DNA from: a virus
Lineage: Duplodnaviria > Heunggongvirae > Uroviricota > Caudoviricetes
Reading direction: 5' to 3' (one strand)
Length of the DNA: 43,728 bases
IMG/VR virus record: IMGVR_UViG_3300015181_000003
Location: 1-43,728 of that record
The notes beneath the pieces are model-generated. The model was not told the DNA's origin, ran no database searches, and saw only the letters and a program-made list of their open reading frames with translations. Numbering within the stretch: position 1 is the stretch's first letter; each line of letters opens with the position of its first letter. Positions 33,073 to 43,508 of the stretch are shown here, piece after piece. The position numbers were made by a program, and so were the translations under genes.

Positions 33073-34489
33073 GTTTCAAAGGCGCGAGTACCAGAAACTC
33101 ATGACCTCGTTCATGTTGCGGCACCATCGCTGTAACATATGGGCGAGCATGGGCGCTGGGAAGACTGGCAGCGTACTGTGGGCATTAAACCGACTGTTCC
33201 GCAACGGCCAACTTAATGACGACGACCGAGTGTTAATCCTCGCCCCGTTGCGCGTTGCATCAGGTACATGGCCCGCAGAACAAGATAAATGGAAATTTCC
33301 ATGTCTTCGTGTCGTCGATGCAACTGGTTCGGAGAAGCGCCGCATAGCGGCGCTGGAATCAGACGCTAACGTGGTGTGCACAAACTACGAAGTTATCGAG
33401 TGGCTTATTGACTACTACGGCAAAGACGACTGGCCTTTTACGGTTATCGTCGCCGACGAAAGCACGAAGCTGAAATCGTTTCGCAGCCGTTCAGGCGGTA
33501 GCAAGAGGGCCAAGGCGCTAAGCAAAGTGGCATTCGGTAGGGTTAAGCGTTTCATTAACCTGACTGGCACACCATCCCCAAACGGCCTCAAAGACTTGTG
33601 GGGCCAGAACTGGTTTATCGACGCTGGTGAGCGCCTCGGTTCTTCATACACAGCATTCACCGACCGATGGTTTAACTCAGTACAGAAAGGCAAATCCGCG
33701 ATGGCGCGTGAGTATCATGCGCGCCCGGGTGCGGATAATGAAATTCACCAGAAGATGAAGGACATTAGTCTCACGATTGACGCCGCCGAGTGGTTTGGTT
33801 GCGAAGCGCCTGTTATCGTGCCGGTTGAAATCGACCTGCCTAAGAAAGCGCGTCAGGCGTACGTAGATATGGAAGAGAAGTTATTTGCGGAACTGGAGAG
33901 CGGAGAAGTTGAAGCGGCTAACGCGGCGGCGAAGACGTCGAAGTGCTTGCAGATTGCATCCGGTGCCGTGTATGTATCAGGGCCAGACGGCGAAGCAACG
34001 AAAGACTGGGAGAAAGTGCACGACACTAAACTTGATGCGCTGGAGTCCATTGTTGAGGAGTTACAGGGTGCACCGTTACTGGTGGCCTATCAGTTCAAGC
34101 ATGAACTGGAGCGCATTCTTAAGCGATTCCCGCAGGCGCAGGCGTTTGCAAAAGGCGCTAATGGTAATAAGCAGATGGAAGCGTGGAACCGTGGCGAAAT
34201 AGAAATCTTATGCGTACACCCCGCGTCAGCAGGGCATGGTTTGAATTTACAGGACGGCGGGCATCATCTGGCGTTTATTTCTCAAGGGTGGAACCTTGAG
34301 CACTATTTGCAGGTTGTAGAGCGCATAGGCCCAGTCCGACAGAAACAGGCAGGCCACGAGCGCCCGGTGTTCCTGTATCACATCGTTGCTAAAGACACGC
34401 TTGACGAGGTTGTTGCCGCACGTACGGACGAGAAGAAATCGGTACAGGAAGAATTGCTTAACTATATGAAGAGACGAGGTAAGAAATGA
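33065..34489 (+). CDS. SNF2-family (DExx-box) helicase
   Basis: 474 aa; Walker A GAGKTG, DExx-like VIVADEST, C-terminal helicase-like region. Confidence 0.7.
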   Translation: MSKFQRREYQKLMTSFMLRHHRCNIWASMGAGKTGSVLWALNRLFRNGQLNDDDRVLILAPLRVASGTWPAEQDKWKFPCLRVVDATGSEKRRIAALESDANVVCTNYEVIEWLIDYYGKDDWPFTVIVADESTKLKSFRSRSGGSKRAKALSKVAFGRVKRFINLTGTPSPNGLKDLWGQNWFIDAGERLGSSYTAFTDRWFNSVQKGKSAMAREYHARPGADNEIHQKMKDISLTIDAAEWFGCEAPVIVPVEIDLPKKARQAYVDMEEKLFAELESGEVEAANAAAKTSKCLQIASGAVYVSGPDGEATKDWEKVHDTKLDALESIVEELQGAPLLVAYQFKHELERILKRFPQAQAFAKGANGNKQMEAWNRGEIEILCVHPASAGHGLNLQDGGHHLAFISQGWNLEHYLQVVERIGPVRQKQAGHERPVFLYHIVAKDTLDEVVAARTDEKKSVQEELLNYMKRRGKK

Positions 34490-34689
34490 ACAATGAATTT
34501 GATATTGACGCTTGCAACGAATTGATAAAATCTGCCCTTAATGCCCGCGAGCAACTTCTTGCTATGCAGCTAAAGCGAGAGATAAAACGTATCAAGGAAC
34601 TCGAAGAAGAGGTTATACGCCTGCGGCAGCAAAGAGATGCCGCTAATGCGCAATTGGCGTTTGTACTGGAGAAGTTATCAGAAGAGTAG
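34486..34689 (+). CDS. hypothetical coiled-coil protein (67 aa)
   Basis: Track ORF overlapping the helicase stop; last gene before a bidirectional terminator. Confidence 0.45.
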   Translation: MNNEFDIDACNELIKSALNAREQLLAMQLKREIKRIKELEEEVIRLRQQRDAANAQLAFVLEKLSEE

Positions 34690-34690
34690 A

Positions 34691-34722
34691 GAAAAGGCCC
34701 CGAAAGGGGCCTTAGTTTTATT
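34691..34722. terminator. bidirectional rho-independent terminator between the replication operon and the tailspike gene
   Basis: Stem AGGCCCC / GGGGCCT with loop GAAA; T-rich on both sides. Confidence 0.65.
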
Positions 34723-34724
34723 AT

Positions 34725-36947
34725 TTAAAAGGAGGATACACAGTCCAGAACGCCATTTAGCATATGTACAAACTGGAATAGTTGCGTTCGAGTAGTAGTT
34801 TTACTTGTACCGTCCGCAAAACGGAACCTTACACCATCACTACCAACCAGGTTACCTATCGTAATACCTGACGGTACGCGTAGTGTTACTGTAGCCCCTA
34901 CCGGAACATTATATATACCATTTATCTGCGTAGTCCCCGATACGTTTATAATCATGGCATCCGATATCCATAGTGGCGTCATTGTGTTCGCGGCGGTGAT
35001 ATTTTGTTCTGTAAACACCGACCCTGACCCTGCGCTATCCGCGGTGTTGTTCTTAAAGTACCCTGTTGATATAGCGGTGATACTCTGACCGGTACTGGCT
35101 CCATTAACCTGGTTGCCCATTACGCGGGCACTTGCAGTGCAACGTATGCCGTAACCGGCGGACATAGTAACTTTGTTATTGATAACGTCAGTGTCGTAGC
35201 TTGCACTACCAGATACGCTTATACCCGTACCACTTGCAGCAGTCGACGAATCAATAACGTTACCCTGTATAAGTGAATTTTGAAGCCCTACTGCGGATAT
35301 ACCCGCAACAGAAGCATAAATAGAATTACCTGTAACCCTAAGGTACTTATGTGCACCTGATGATGCGGAGTCTTCCAATAACACCCCCTGTGTACCTGTC
35401 AGGCTGCAATCTATACTATTGTTAATTATAGCAACACGCGTAGAGGTTCTAGCTCTCACCCCGGCTCTGGAGCATCCACTTATACGGTTGCTGTCAACAA
35501 TAGAGTCAGTCCCATCAAGGATAATCCCATTAGAGCCACTGGTAGAAATAACGTTGTTAGCTATGATAAAACCCGTTACCGACCCGAAACCAATGCCAGC
35601 GGGCGACAATGTGCCAAAGTTATTAGTGTTTACACAAACGTTGTCTATGATATTCCCACTTATAACATGCGACCTGACATTTTGACCGTATATCCCCGAC
35701 CCATGAGTATACGGCGTCGATGGAGTTGCTGAGTTATAAAAGGTCCCATACACATCCTTGATTGTGTTGTTGCTTATCACCACATTATACAAGGACGCAC
35801 TAGACCGGTAACTTATAATTCCGTAGGAACTGCACCCTTTTATATCGTTCTCGGTGACGGTTATGTTAAAGGAGTCGGTATCACCAGAAACATTCTGAAG
35901 CATAACCCCATGCCCTACATTTCGGCAGGTATTACCCTTAACCAGCACATCATGCGCAAAGTCTACAAAAATAGCATTAGGACTCGCTACTGTAGATGAG
36001 GTCTGCGCCGTACTGGCATCGTAGCTTCCGTCGGTAGAGTAGTAACCATTAACAACCTTCACATCTGAAGATTCTGCCGTAACCAGTACAGAAGTTCCGA
36101 TACTTGACGTGTAACTTTTAATACCATCAATTACCACTCTGGTACTGTTACTGATAAGAACATTACAAGACAAGGTGCTAGACCCAGGGTTGCTAGCCAA
36201 ACTACGAGAAACTTGAATCCCTTTAATGGTTACATTATCTACACCATGTACCTTTAAAACCGCGTCTGTTTGGTTGGTGGATGTAATTTTACCCGGGCCG
36301 AAAATGTACGTATCTGATAGTACTATAAGCGGGTTTTGTACGGTATAAACACCATCTGGTACGTATATATAGCCTTTATTGTTCAGAGCACTTTGGATAT
36401 ATGCCGTCTGGTCCCCGGAAGCCCCAGCGGTGGCCCCGAAGTCAGTGATACTAATAGCCTCCTGGAATTTTTCGTGAGCCGTCCTTCCCACCGCACCATC
36501 TGCCACTATCTTGACACCTATTAAGTTGTCCCCCAGTAGTGCGTCTGATGTGCTGGCCAGGTCCTCACGCAAATCAGGGTCTGTCTGAGGCCCCCAGTCC
36601 GCATTACCGACAGGGTTAAACCCCGCCGGAACTATCACCGGCAGCGAGCCAGTGTACGAGTACCACGTTTTACTTACGGGGTCGTAAACAACTTTGTCGC
36701 GGTCGTTAACTGTTAGCGTCCCGCCGGTAGAGAAATCCCACGATACAGGAGAAAAGCCGGAGTCACGCAACACGGCGGGAAGTGTCTTCTGAGTCTGCCC
36801 GGTAACCTGGTTGGTGGCGTAATCAATATCCGCGCCACTGGCAACACCACCGGACTTGCCCGTGATAACCTCGGCTTCGAAAATCTGGTGTTTCTTGGCG
36901 GTTTGTAAATCCGCCAGACTTAAAACGTCACCGCATCCGCTTGACAT
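34725..36947 (-). CDS. tailspike protein with right-handed beta-helix (pectate-lyase-like depolymerase) region
   Basis: 740 aa, last gene of the tail operon; ITDFGATAGASGDQTAYIQSAL motif and many Asn/Gly/Ser/Thr-rich beta-helix-like repeats. Confidence 0.65.
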   Translation of the reverse strand: MSSGCGDVLSLADLQTAKKHQIFEAEVITGKSGGVASGADIDYATNQVTGQTQKTLPAVLRDSGFSPVSWDFSTGGTLTVNDRDKVVYDPVSKTWYSYTGSLPVIVPAGFNPVGNADWGPQTDPDLREDLASTSDALLGDNLIGVKIVADGAVGRTAHEKFQEAISITDFGATAGASGDQTAYIQSALNNKGYIYVPDGVYTVQNPLIVLSDTYIFGPGKITSTNQTDAVLKVHGVDNVTIKGIQVSRSLASNPGSSTLSCNVLISNSTRVVIDGIKSYTSSIGTSVLVTAESSDVKVVNGYYSTDGSYDASTAQTSSTVASPNAIFVDFAHDVLVKGNTCRNVGHGVMLQNVSGDTDSFNITVTENDIKGCSSYGIISYRSSASLYNVVISNNTIKDVYGTFYNSATPSTPYTHGSGIYGQNVRSHVISGNIIDNVCVNTNNFGTLSPAGIGFGSVTGFIIANNVISTSGSNGIILDGTDSIVDSNRISGCSRAGVRARTSTRVAIINNSIDCSLTGTQGVLLEDSASSGAHKYLRVTGNSIYASVAGISAVGLQNSLIQGNVIDSSTAASGTGISVSGSASYDTDVINNKVTMSAGYGIRCTASARVMGNQVNGASTGQSITAISTGYFKNNTADSAGSGSVFTEQNITAANTMTPLWISDAMIINVSGTTQINGIYNVPVGATVTLRVPSGITIGNLVGSDGVRFRFADGTSKTTTRTQLFQFVHMLNGVLDCVSSF

Positions 36948-36959
36948 ATAGAGTCCTCT

Positions 36960-39509
36960 TTAACTAAAACCGTTGCTGAATCCGTCGGAGAAACCGCTGC
37001 CGTATGGCGCGACGCCGTCGTATTTATAGAAATCTGCTTCGTAGTTAATACCGGTAATCTTAACTGTTCTGTCATCTCCCGGGTCAACTGTAGAAACAAG
37101 AATCATCTGGGCATTATGCCTTGCTTCGTTGCCGAATGAAAACTCAGTTTTTAGTGCACTATTCCCTGTGTAAATTGCCTCCTGCGGCGCGGATAACATA
37201 ATCACTTCACGGTCGTGGCTTCCAGGCACAACGGCAACACTTTGAACTCCGCCGTCTCGCTTCTTAAGGATGAGTGAATGGTCGTCTCCTGGTGTGAACT
37301 TAACCGGTTGTGATAACGTCAGAGTAAGGCCATTAACGGCGATTACATAGCCGTCTTGAGGGGCCATGCGCGGACCTTTTACCACACTTACCGCACGCCC
37401 AGGCATTGCAAAAATCCCTTCTTCTGTCGCCGTGAATGATACTGTTACCTTCTTCAACAGGTTTTTCTGGTAACGGCGGTATGCGGCCCAGTACGCCTGT
37501 CGATAATTGCGGATACCTTTAGAGTCGTACGTTTCAGTATTAACCCCGCCTTCGGCTGGAATACTAATAGTCTCTTTGACGTTAGTATCTGGGTCGATGT
37601 ATGAAAACTTGAGACTATCGTATACCTGGGCGTCGTTAAACGTGCGCGTCCACTTCTCCGTAGCGGTAGTTTTGCTGCGGTGGGTGAATACCATCTCGGG
37701 GCCAATCCGCGGGCGTTCAAAGTCCAGAAGAATATCCGCGCCTCTACGATATGGAGTGCAGAAAATTGCTTCCGCTATCGTAGTTACTATGTCCTGCATC
37801 GTAGTTTTATAGTCATCAAACGTGTAGCAAAACTCCCCCGCAGATGCGCTACCGAAATAACTCTCAATTTCGCTCTGTACCGCTAACAGTTTATCCATAT
37901 TTGCCGTTGTCAGATTCAAGTCCCCGACATCCTGGTCACGAGCAAGACGAATCAGCGACTGTACTGCTTGCGTGTTTGGCGTTCTTACGGAGTCAAAAAC
38001 ACCGTTACCGCGATACTTGTACACCATCTCAGTTACTACCATTCGTAGTTGTGGCTGTTTAACCTCTGCGGCCCTTGGTGTCTGTTTACGTGCGGAATGT
38101 ACGGTTGTTCTGTTGCCGTAGTTAGGTGTAGTATCGCGTATTTGCCCGTACAGGTTTATGTACGAAACCTCGTCCACTACCGTACCCTCGAAAGCAAGGT
38201 CCAGGTTTGTTACCCTGCGCGCCCGTACACGAACATTAGACGCCGATGGCAGGTCAGCATAGATTGTCACGCCAGTATAATCCGAGGAGCGCCCGGAGAT
38301 AGTGCCTTGCTTACTATATACAGGTCCGTAAGGCGTTCCTGTGTCGTCAAGTAACTGATACTGCAACTCGACGGTGACAGAGGCCCTTAGTTTACTGCCA
38401 TTGTCTTTATACATGCCATTGGCGGCGGCGATATTAGCAACGATGCGCTCTACTGGCAGACGGTTAAGCGTTGTCCAGTCGGTTAATGATTTATCATATG
38501 TGTTTGAGGGTGAAATCCACGCCTCATTGCCCTGTGTCAGCCGGGTAAAACCAGACGGCAACTTCTGCCATTCGGTGAGCATACCCCCTACAGCGACCCT
38601 AACCTCGAAATCATCGACGTAAGTAACTGTATAATTGCCGCTTACGTTGGCAACATCTTTTACCAGAATGAGATTGAAAACGGCTACATCACCAACTGAC
38701 AGAATTTCTGTAAACGCAGAATCCCCTGTTGCATCACGTACAATACCCGTCGCCCCTTGCAGCGATATCTCGCCGGTATCGCTTGGGTTTACTCTTATGC
38801 CATTTTGAGCTTTCAGTACCGCACCGTCTACTTCATTAGATGCGATGGTGATATACAACTTTTGGTCGATAGGTTCGCCGACAAGAAGTTGCGGAGAGCT
38901 TGTGTTATTGGGTGATGTGTACGGAGCGTACACAGCGACAGAGGTTCCGGTTATCTCCTGGACTTTGGTGTCACCGTCGGTGATGTTTTCCGCTCTAACG
39001 TCCAGATACCCGCGACCGGCATCATAGTAGCCGTACTCGATGATGCGGCCCGCGTTATCGAAAACCTTATAAGTGGTCATAAGGTTATTGGGTATCGTCT
39101 GCACGCGACCGCAGATGTCATAAGTTCGCTCGTATGGGCGGGCCTTGTTATTCCGGTCTGTCAGGCTGTTGTTCGGAGAGTCTGCTTGCTGGTTAGCGAG
39201 ATTGTTAGACGCACCCTTTGTTGACGGTGTGAGTAATTTAGCCAGCGGTTTAAGGATTATGCTGAACACTTTCATCACACCCTTGATAGCACCGCCGCCA
39301 GCGCCCTCGAGGATGTGGAAAACGGCATCCTGTTTTAACGCGTCGAAATTTTCTGTTACGTCGTTATCCTCTCCTATCTCTTCGAGGAAAACGCGAAACG
39401 GCACACCATCAGGGATATGGTTTACGACGAAATTCAGCGGCGAGTCGTTATGCCGTTTTTGTGAGAACGTCCCGTCTTCGTTGCGGGTGTAGTGGATGAC
39501 TATCGCCAA
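36960..39509 (-). CDS. central tail fiber / host-specificity protein (gpJ-like), TTG start
   Basis: 849 aa. The only in-frame start after the upstream stop is TTG at 39509, with AGGAG 8 nt upstream; overlaps the end of the K-like gene. Confidence 0.6.
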   Translation of the reverse strand: MAIVIHYTRNEDGTFSQKRHNDSPLNFVVNHIPDGVPFRVFLEEIGEDNDVTENFDALKQDAVFHILEGAGGGAIKGVMKVFSIILKPLAKLLTPSTKGASNNLANQQADSPNNSLTDRNNKARPYERTYDICGRVQTIPNNLMTTYKVFDNAGRIIEYGYYDAGRGYLDVRAENITDGDTKVQEITGTSVAVYAPYTSPNNTSSPQLLVGEPIDQKLYITIASNEVDGAVLKAQNGIRVNPSDTGEISLQGATGIVRDATGDSAFTEILSVGDVAVFNLILVKDVANVSGNYTVTYVDDFEVRVAVGGMLTEWQKLPSGFTRLTQGNEAWISPSNTYDKSLTDWTTLNRLPVERIVANIAAANGMYKDNGSKLRASVTVELQYQLLDDTGTPYGPVYSKQGTISGRSSDYTGVTIYADLPSASNVRVRARRVTNLDLAFEGTVVDEVSYINLYGQIRDTTPNYGNRTTVHSARKQTPRAAEVKQPQLRMVVTEMVYKYRGNGVFDSVRTPNTQAVQSLIRLARDQDVGDLNLTTANMDKLLAVQSEIESYFGSASAGEFCYTFDDYKTTMQDIVTTIAEAIFCTPYRRGADILLDFERPRIGPEMVFTHRSKTTATEKWTRTFNDAQVYDSLKFSYIDPDTNVKETISIPAEGGVNTETYDSKGIRNYRQAYWAAYRRYQKNLLKKVTVSFTATEEGIFAMPGRAVSVVKGPRMAPQDGYVIAVNGLTLTLSQPVKFTPGDDHSLILKKRDGGVQSVAVVPGSHDREVIMLSAPQEAIYTGNSALKTEFSFGNEARHNAQMILVSTVDPGDDRTVKITGINYEADFYKYDGVAPYGSGFSDGFSNGFS

Positions 39510-39865
39510 AATTCAATCTCCTGATATGTGTCGCGTAAATCGTCCAGGCGGTCAAGGCGCACTTGTCTGGACGCTAACTCGCAGTGGCTCACCATTCCAT
39601 CATAATACACGCCCGCATGCCACACTACACGCCCCCTGTGATAAGTGCCAAGCAACACCGCATCATAATTCTGCGGACTGGCGGCGCGTTCCAGACCTTT
39701 CGGGTTGGAGTGCCCTGCATCAAACGCCGAGGGTATCGCAGTTGGTGATGTTACATCGAAAGATGGTGTTTATAGGCCAACATCACCGCGCACCCTGCGC
39801 ACGTGATGCCAACAATTGTAGCGACGGAAGTCATAAGGGAGCCCCGTATAGTCAGTGATATTCAT
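39500..39865 (-). pseudogene. tail K-like NlpC/P60-type protein interrupted by an in-frame TAA
   Basis: ATG at 39865 overlaps the upstream stop (ATGA). Frame reads 31 aa (MNITDYTGLPYDFRRYNCWHHVRRVRGDVGL), then TAA at 39770..39772, then 89 further codons in the same frame with NlpC/P60-like His region VVWHAGVYYDGMVSHCE, ending TAG 39500..39502. Confidence 0.5.
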
Positions 39866-40377
39866 GACAAAAGTACCCCACGCAGCAGCGGAATTTCTTC
39901 CGGTGTCATCAGGATTCCGGTCTGCCGTTGGTTGAGCATAGGTGTTCCTGTCTCTGCGGTGAACACGCCTTTTTCTTGCGTCAACGTCTGCAACTCGTAT
40001 ACCACCGGGCCGTCGCACGGGTACGACAGGTCTGTGCTTACATAACGGCGGAATATGAATTTTGGTAACTCTGTATTGCTGTACGGGATGCGGTCCATCT
40101 CTTCATCGAGAATGTTAAGAACATCCGGCAGCGAGAACGAGGCTGTCTGGTCCATGTCATTATTGTTTGCTGCGTTCTTGGCGTCCATGGGCGTGGCCTC
40201 GAACGTAACAGTTTCGCCAGTTTCAAGAGTAGCGGTAAGGTCAGAAGTACCGCGCACAAGTAACCACCGCTTCGAGAGAAGCGGGTGTGTTATTTCGAGC
40301 GTAATGTAGTCCAGTTCGCCGTCTGGGTTAGATGCCAGTTTACGGCGATAGGCGGCTTCTACTGATTCCTGACTCAT
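39862..40377 (-). CDS. minor tail protein
   Basis: About 171 aa from ATG 40377 overlapping the upstream stop; located between tape measure and tip genes. Confidence 0.45.
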   Translation of the reverse strand: MSQESVEAAYRRKLASNPDGELDYITLEITHPLLSKRWLLVRGTSDLTATLETGETVTFEATPMDAKNAANNNDMDQTASFSLPDVLNILDEEMDRIPYSNTELPKFIFRRYVSTDLSYPCDGPVVYELQTLTQEKGVFTAETGTPMLNQRQTGILMTPEEIPLLRGVLLS

Positions 40378-40868
40378 TGCATTGGGTCCCAAATTCGTGG
40401 AAACGTTGATTGCGCGGCTCCGTATGCCTTAAGGAAACCGCCTAAGCAATCCCCATAGCAGCCGAACAAATCCGGTAGATTCTTCGTAAGACATGTGTCT
40501 TCCTGAATCGCTGTGCGTTCTGCTGTTGCTGTGAACGTAATCACCCAGTTCTTGCCATCGTCGGTGCTGTCGCTAATAGTTGATGTGATGAGTACCTGGT
40601 GGTCCTCGATGCCCATACCCGTATCGTGTGGCATGATGAAAGACGATGCGCCGCCGTCGATGTTGTTCAGGAAGCTATAGAAAGCCTGACGCCCGAGAGA
40701 AGACACGACGAGCGTAACGCTAATCGGCACCGGTTCAAAGTACGTGTCTCGCCCCTGACGGGGTAGGCCACCCTGAACCTCGGTGCGCCAGATATTACTC
40801 CCCCTTGTCTGAGAGTAGCCCTTCGACACTATAGGGCGAAGGGACATAGGGAATCTCAAATCGCTCAT
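40374..40868 (-). CDS. minor tail protein
   Basis: 164 aa ORF starting 4 nt after the tape measure stop. Confidence 0.45.
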   Translation of the reverse strand: MSDLRFPMSLRPIVSKGYSQTRGSNIWRTEVQGGLPRQGRDTYFEPVPISVTLVVSSLGRQAFYSFLNNIDGGASSFIMPHDTGMGIEDHQVLITSTISDSTDDGKNWVITFTATAERTAIQEDTCLTKNLPDLFGCYGDCLGGFLKAYGAAQSTFPRIWDPMQ

Positions 40869-40871
40869 TAA

Positions 40872-43151
40872 TTAGTACCCCGGCTGACCGCGAGTAGAGC
40901 GGCGAGCTTTAGAAATCGGTGAGTTGTTGTCCTGTAACTGCGACGCTACTGTTTCACTGATTATAATACGTAACCGCCCTTCGTCATCACGTTCTGTTAC
41001 AGCGGAATCAACGCGTCCGGTGGTGTTGTTGACGATTGTCACGTTATCGCCGCCGGACGGGCCGCCGTTTTGCCCCATAATCTCTTTCATCTGCTGCGCT
41101 GTGCGGACACGCGATGCGCCCGCCGGCATGATAACTTCTGGTTTACCGCGTTCCGCTATAGTTGACATCTGGCCCGCTGATAACTGACCACCCTGCTCGC
41201 GTGCCGAGCGGATTTTGGCGATATTAGCCAGCCCCGCAGCAACGGCGGTAGCCGCGGCAACCGGTGCCAGGAAGGGGCCGACAACAGGGATAGCAGCCGT
41301 TGACTTATACGCCTCGATAGCCGATGTGTATGTTGCGATAGTGGCCTGGGCAATAGCGAACGCCTTGTATGCGGAGGACGCCTCGCCAAATGCCGTTTTA
41401 GCATTAGCTGCCATGTCACCGAAAGAACTACCTAAAGCATCGGCGCGCTTCGCGGCATACTGCTCATTGATAGCGTTAAGCGCCGCCTGATACTGTTCCT
41501 CGTTAATCAGCCCCTGTTCGCGGTATTTATCTGCGACCGCCAGCTTCTGCTGTTCCTGGATGTCGAGAAGCTCAAGCTCAGCGGCGTTCTGACCCATAAT
41601 CTGAGCCATGAAGTCGTCGCCTTTCTGTTGCTTTTCCTGGGCTTCTTTCTGGCGTTTATCCAGTTCATCTTGTCGGTTTTGCCCGGCTTCGAGGACAATA
41701 GCCGTTTTTGCTTGCTCGTATTCTTTCAGAGACAACGCGCCCTGGCTGTAGAACTCTTTTGCTTTAGCCAGTTTCTGCTGTTCCTGCGCATCGATAGCTT
41801 TTAACTCGTCGTTATTCTGGCGGGCCAGAGTATCGAGATAATCTTGCGCCTGTTTACGCAATTGCTCCGCTTTCTTGGCGGCGGCTTTCGCGTCTTTGTC
41901 GTTGGTGTTTCCTGTTCCACCGGCCCCGCCAGTTCCCCCCTTTCCGTCAACAAGGCTGGCCAGGTCAATTTCTTGCTTCTTGCGCTCGTTGTACTGCTTG
42001 CGCTGTTCCTCAATTTCTTTCTTACGCTGCTTAGACCTGTTGGTAATGGCCTGGGATTCTGCTTCTGCACGTTTTATGCTGGCGTCGTATGCGGCGTCAG
42101 CCTCCGCGGTCAGGTTTTTAAATGTGAGCGCTGCCGTTTTGCTAGGGTCGAACACGTCGGCAAGGGTCTGTCCTAACGCTACGGCGTAATCGTCAATGCG
42201 CTGGAACCACGCAATAACCTCGTGGAATGTCTGCTGAATGTCGGGCAACCACTCTCTGATAGCGTCAGGGATAGCTCCCAGCGAGTCTGACATGTCCGCG
42301 GATTTGTCCTCGGTGTCGTATGCCAGGTCATTCAAGGCGTCAGAAATAAACTTGAACGACTCATTGAACAGCGTCGCCCAGTCCTGGAGTGTGGAGGCTA
42401 TCTCATTAGACGCGATGGCGTCGGTGAGTGCGGTGATAGCGTCTTCCGCTGTTGCTGCTTGTTCACCTACCGCGTCACCAAAACCAGACTGTGCTACGGC
42501 AAGAACAAGGCCGTCGAAGGAGTCGGCGAGGCTCGACAACTGACCATCTAAGGTCTTCGAACGCGTCTCCATCGCTCCGGCGAAATCAGTGTTGCCGATG
42601 TTTAGCAGGTATTTCTGAATCTCTTCGGAGTTCTTCTTAACCGTGGTCGTTACGCCACGGAACGTAAACGAAACTGTATCTGCCTGCTGTGACGATTTAA
42701 TGCCAAACTCTTTTAAGCGCTCAAATTCAAATGTACTGGCGTCCGCCACGGCCTCAATCATCTGATTAAGGTCTTTACCCATCGCCGCGGCGGTGTTGCC
42801 GTAGGAAATTAATGCTTCTTTGCTGGGGTTTAGGCCGAGAGCTACAAGTTTTGTGAAACCCTCTACCGCCTGATTGAGACCGTACGGGGTTTCTTTTGCG
42901 AACTGTTGCAGGACGCTGAAAGCCTTAGCCGCGTTCTCAGCACTCCCGGTCATTGTGATGAGGCCGGAGTTCAGCTTATCGAAATTGCGCTGAGAGTCCA
43001 CCAGCGCACTGAACACCTGCTTAGCGGTTTCCAGGCTGACAACGGCGGCAGCCGCAGCACCTGCGGCTTTAGTAAGCCCGTTCAGTTGTGATGTGACTTT
43101 ATCGACGCCGGTTGCGGATACTCGTACTATCAAGCTAGCGATATCAGCCAT
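40872..43151 (-). CDS. tape measure protein
   Basis: About 759 aa from ATG 43151 (track start 43166 is TTG); long Ala/Gln/Glu/Lys-rich coiled-coil; follows the chaperone genes. Confidence 0.8.
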   Translation of the reverse strand: MADIASLIVRVSATGVDKVTSQLNGLTKAAGAAAAAVVSLETAKQVFSALVDSQRNFDKLNSGLITMTGSAENAAKAFSVLQQFAKETPYGLNQAVEGFTKLVALGLNPSKEALISYGNTAAAMGKDLNQMIEAVADASTFEFERLKEFGIKSSQQADTVSFTFRGVTTTVKKNSEEIQKYLLNIGNTDFAGAMETRSKTLDGQLSSLADSFDGLVLAVAQSGFGDAVGEQAATAEDAITALTDAIASNEIASTLQDWATLFNESFKFISDALNDLAYDTEDKSADMSDSLGAIPDAIREWLPDIQQTFHEVIAWFQRIDDYAVALGQTLADVFDPSKTAALTFKNLTAEADAAYDASIKRAEAESQAITNRSKQRKKEIEEQRKQYNERKKQEIDLASLVDGKGGTGGAGGTGNTNDKDAKAAAKKAEQLRKQAQDYLDTLARQNNDELKAIDAQEQQKLAKAKEFYSQGALSLKEYEQAKTAIVLEAGQNRQDELDKRQKEAQEKQQKGDDFMAQIMGQNAAELELLDIQEQQKLAVADKYREQGLINEEQYQAALNAINEQYAAKRADALGSSFGDMAANAKTAFGEASSAYKAFAIAQATIATYTSAIEAYKSTAAIPVVGPFLAPVAAATAVAAGLANIAKIRSAREQGGQLSAGQMSTIAERGKPEVIMPAGASRVRTAQQMKEIMGQNGGPSGGDNVTIVNNTTGRVDSAVTERDDEGRLRIIISETVASQLQDNNSPISKARRSTRGQPGY

Positions 43152-43476
43152 GGTTTCTACCTTCAAAGATTGCTTCTAAGCCCATGATAATGTCTATCTC
43201 GAACAGGCTAAGCTGTTTTTGCGTAACATCGAGATAGGCTTTCAGGTCTTGCCACGTAACAGATTCTCTTGCGAACAATACTACAGCGTCCTCGCGCACG
43301 TGTCGCGTAAACTTAATGTCGCAATACGTCTCAAAGGTGGATATAAAAAGGGGCGGGCATTCTGGCCCACCCCGTCGCGCTGCACGTTTTTTCTTATCGA
43401 TTACACCCATCGCGATAAGCGCCTGTTCGTGACCGTCAGCTATAGAATCAAACTCTCTGATTTTATGCTTATCCAC
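43144..43476 (-). CDS. tail assembly chaperone T segment (probably expressed as a G-T fusion by -1 frameshift)
   Basis: No ATG start (track start is GTG). This frame stays open upstream to about 43533 and overlaps the last 22 nt of the gpG-like ORF in the -1 frame; its stop overlaps the tape measure start. Confidence 0.5.
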   Translation of the reverse strand: MDKHKIREFDSIADGHEQALIAMGVIDKKKRAARRGGPECPPLFISTFETYCDIKFTRHVREDAVVLFARESVTWQDLKAYLDVTQKQLSLFEIDIIMGLEAIFEGRNHG

Positions 43477-43508
43477 AAACTCGTAGGTGGCGAACCTGTA
43501 CAGCGCGT

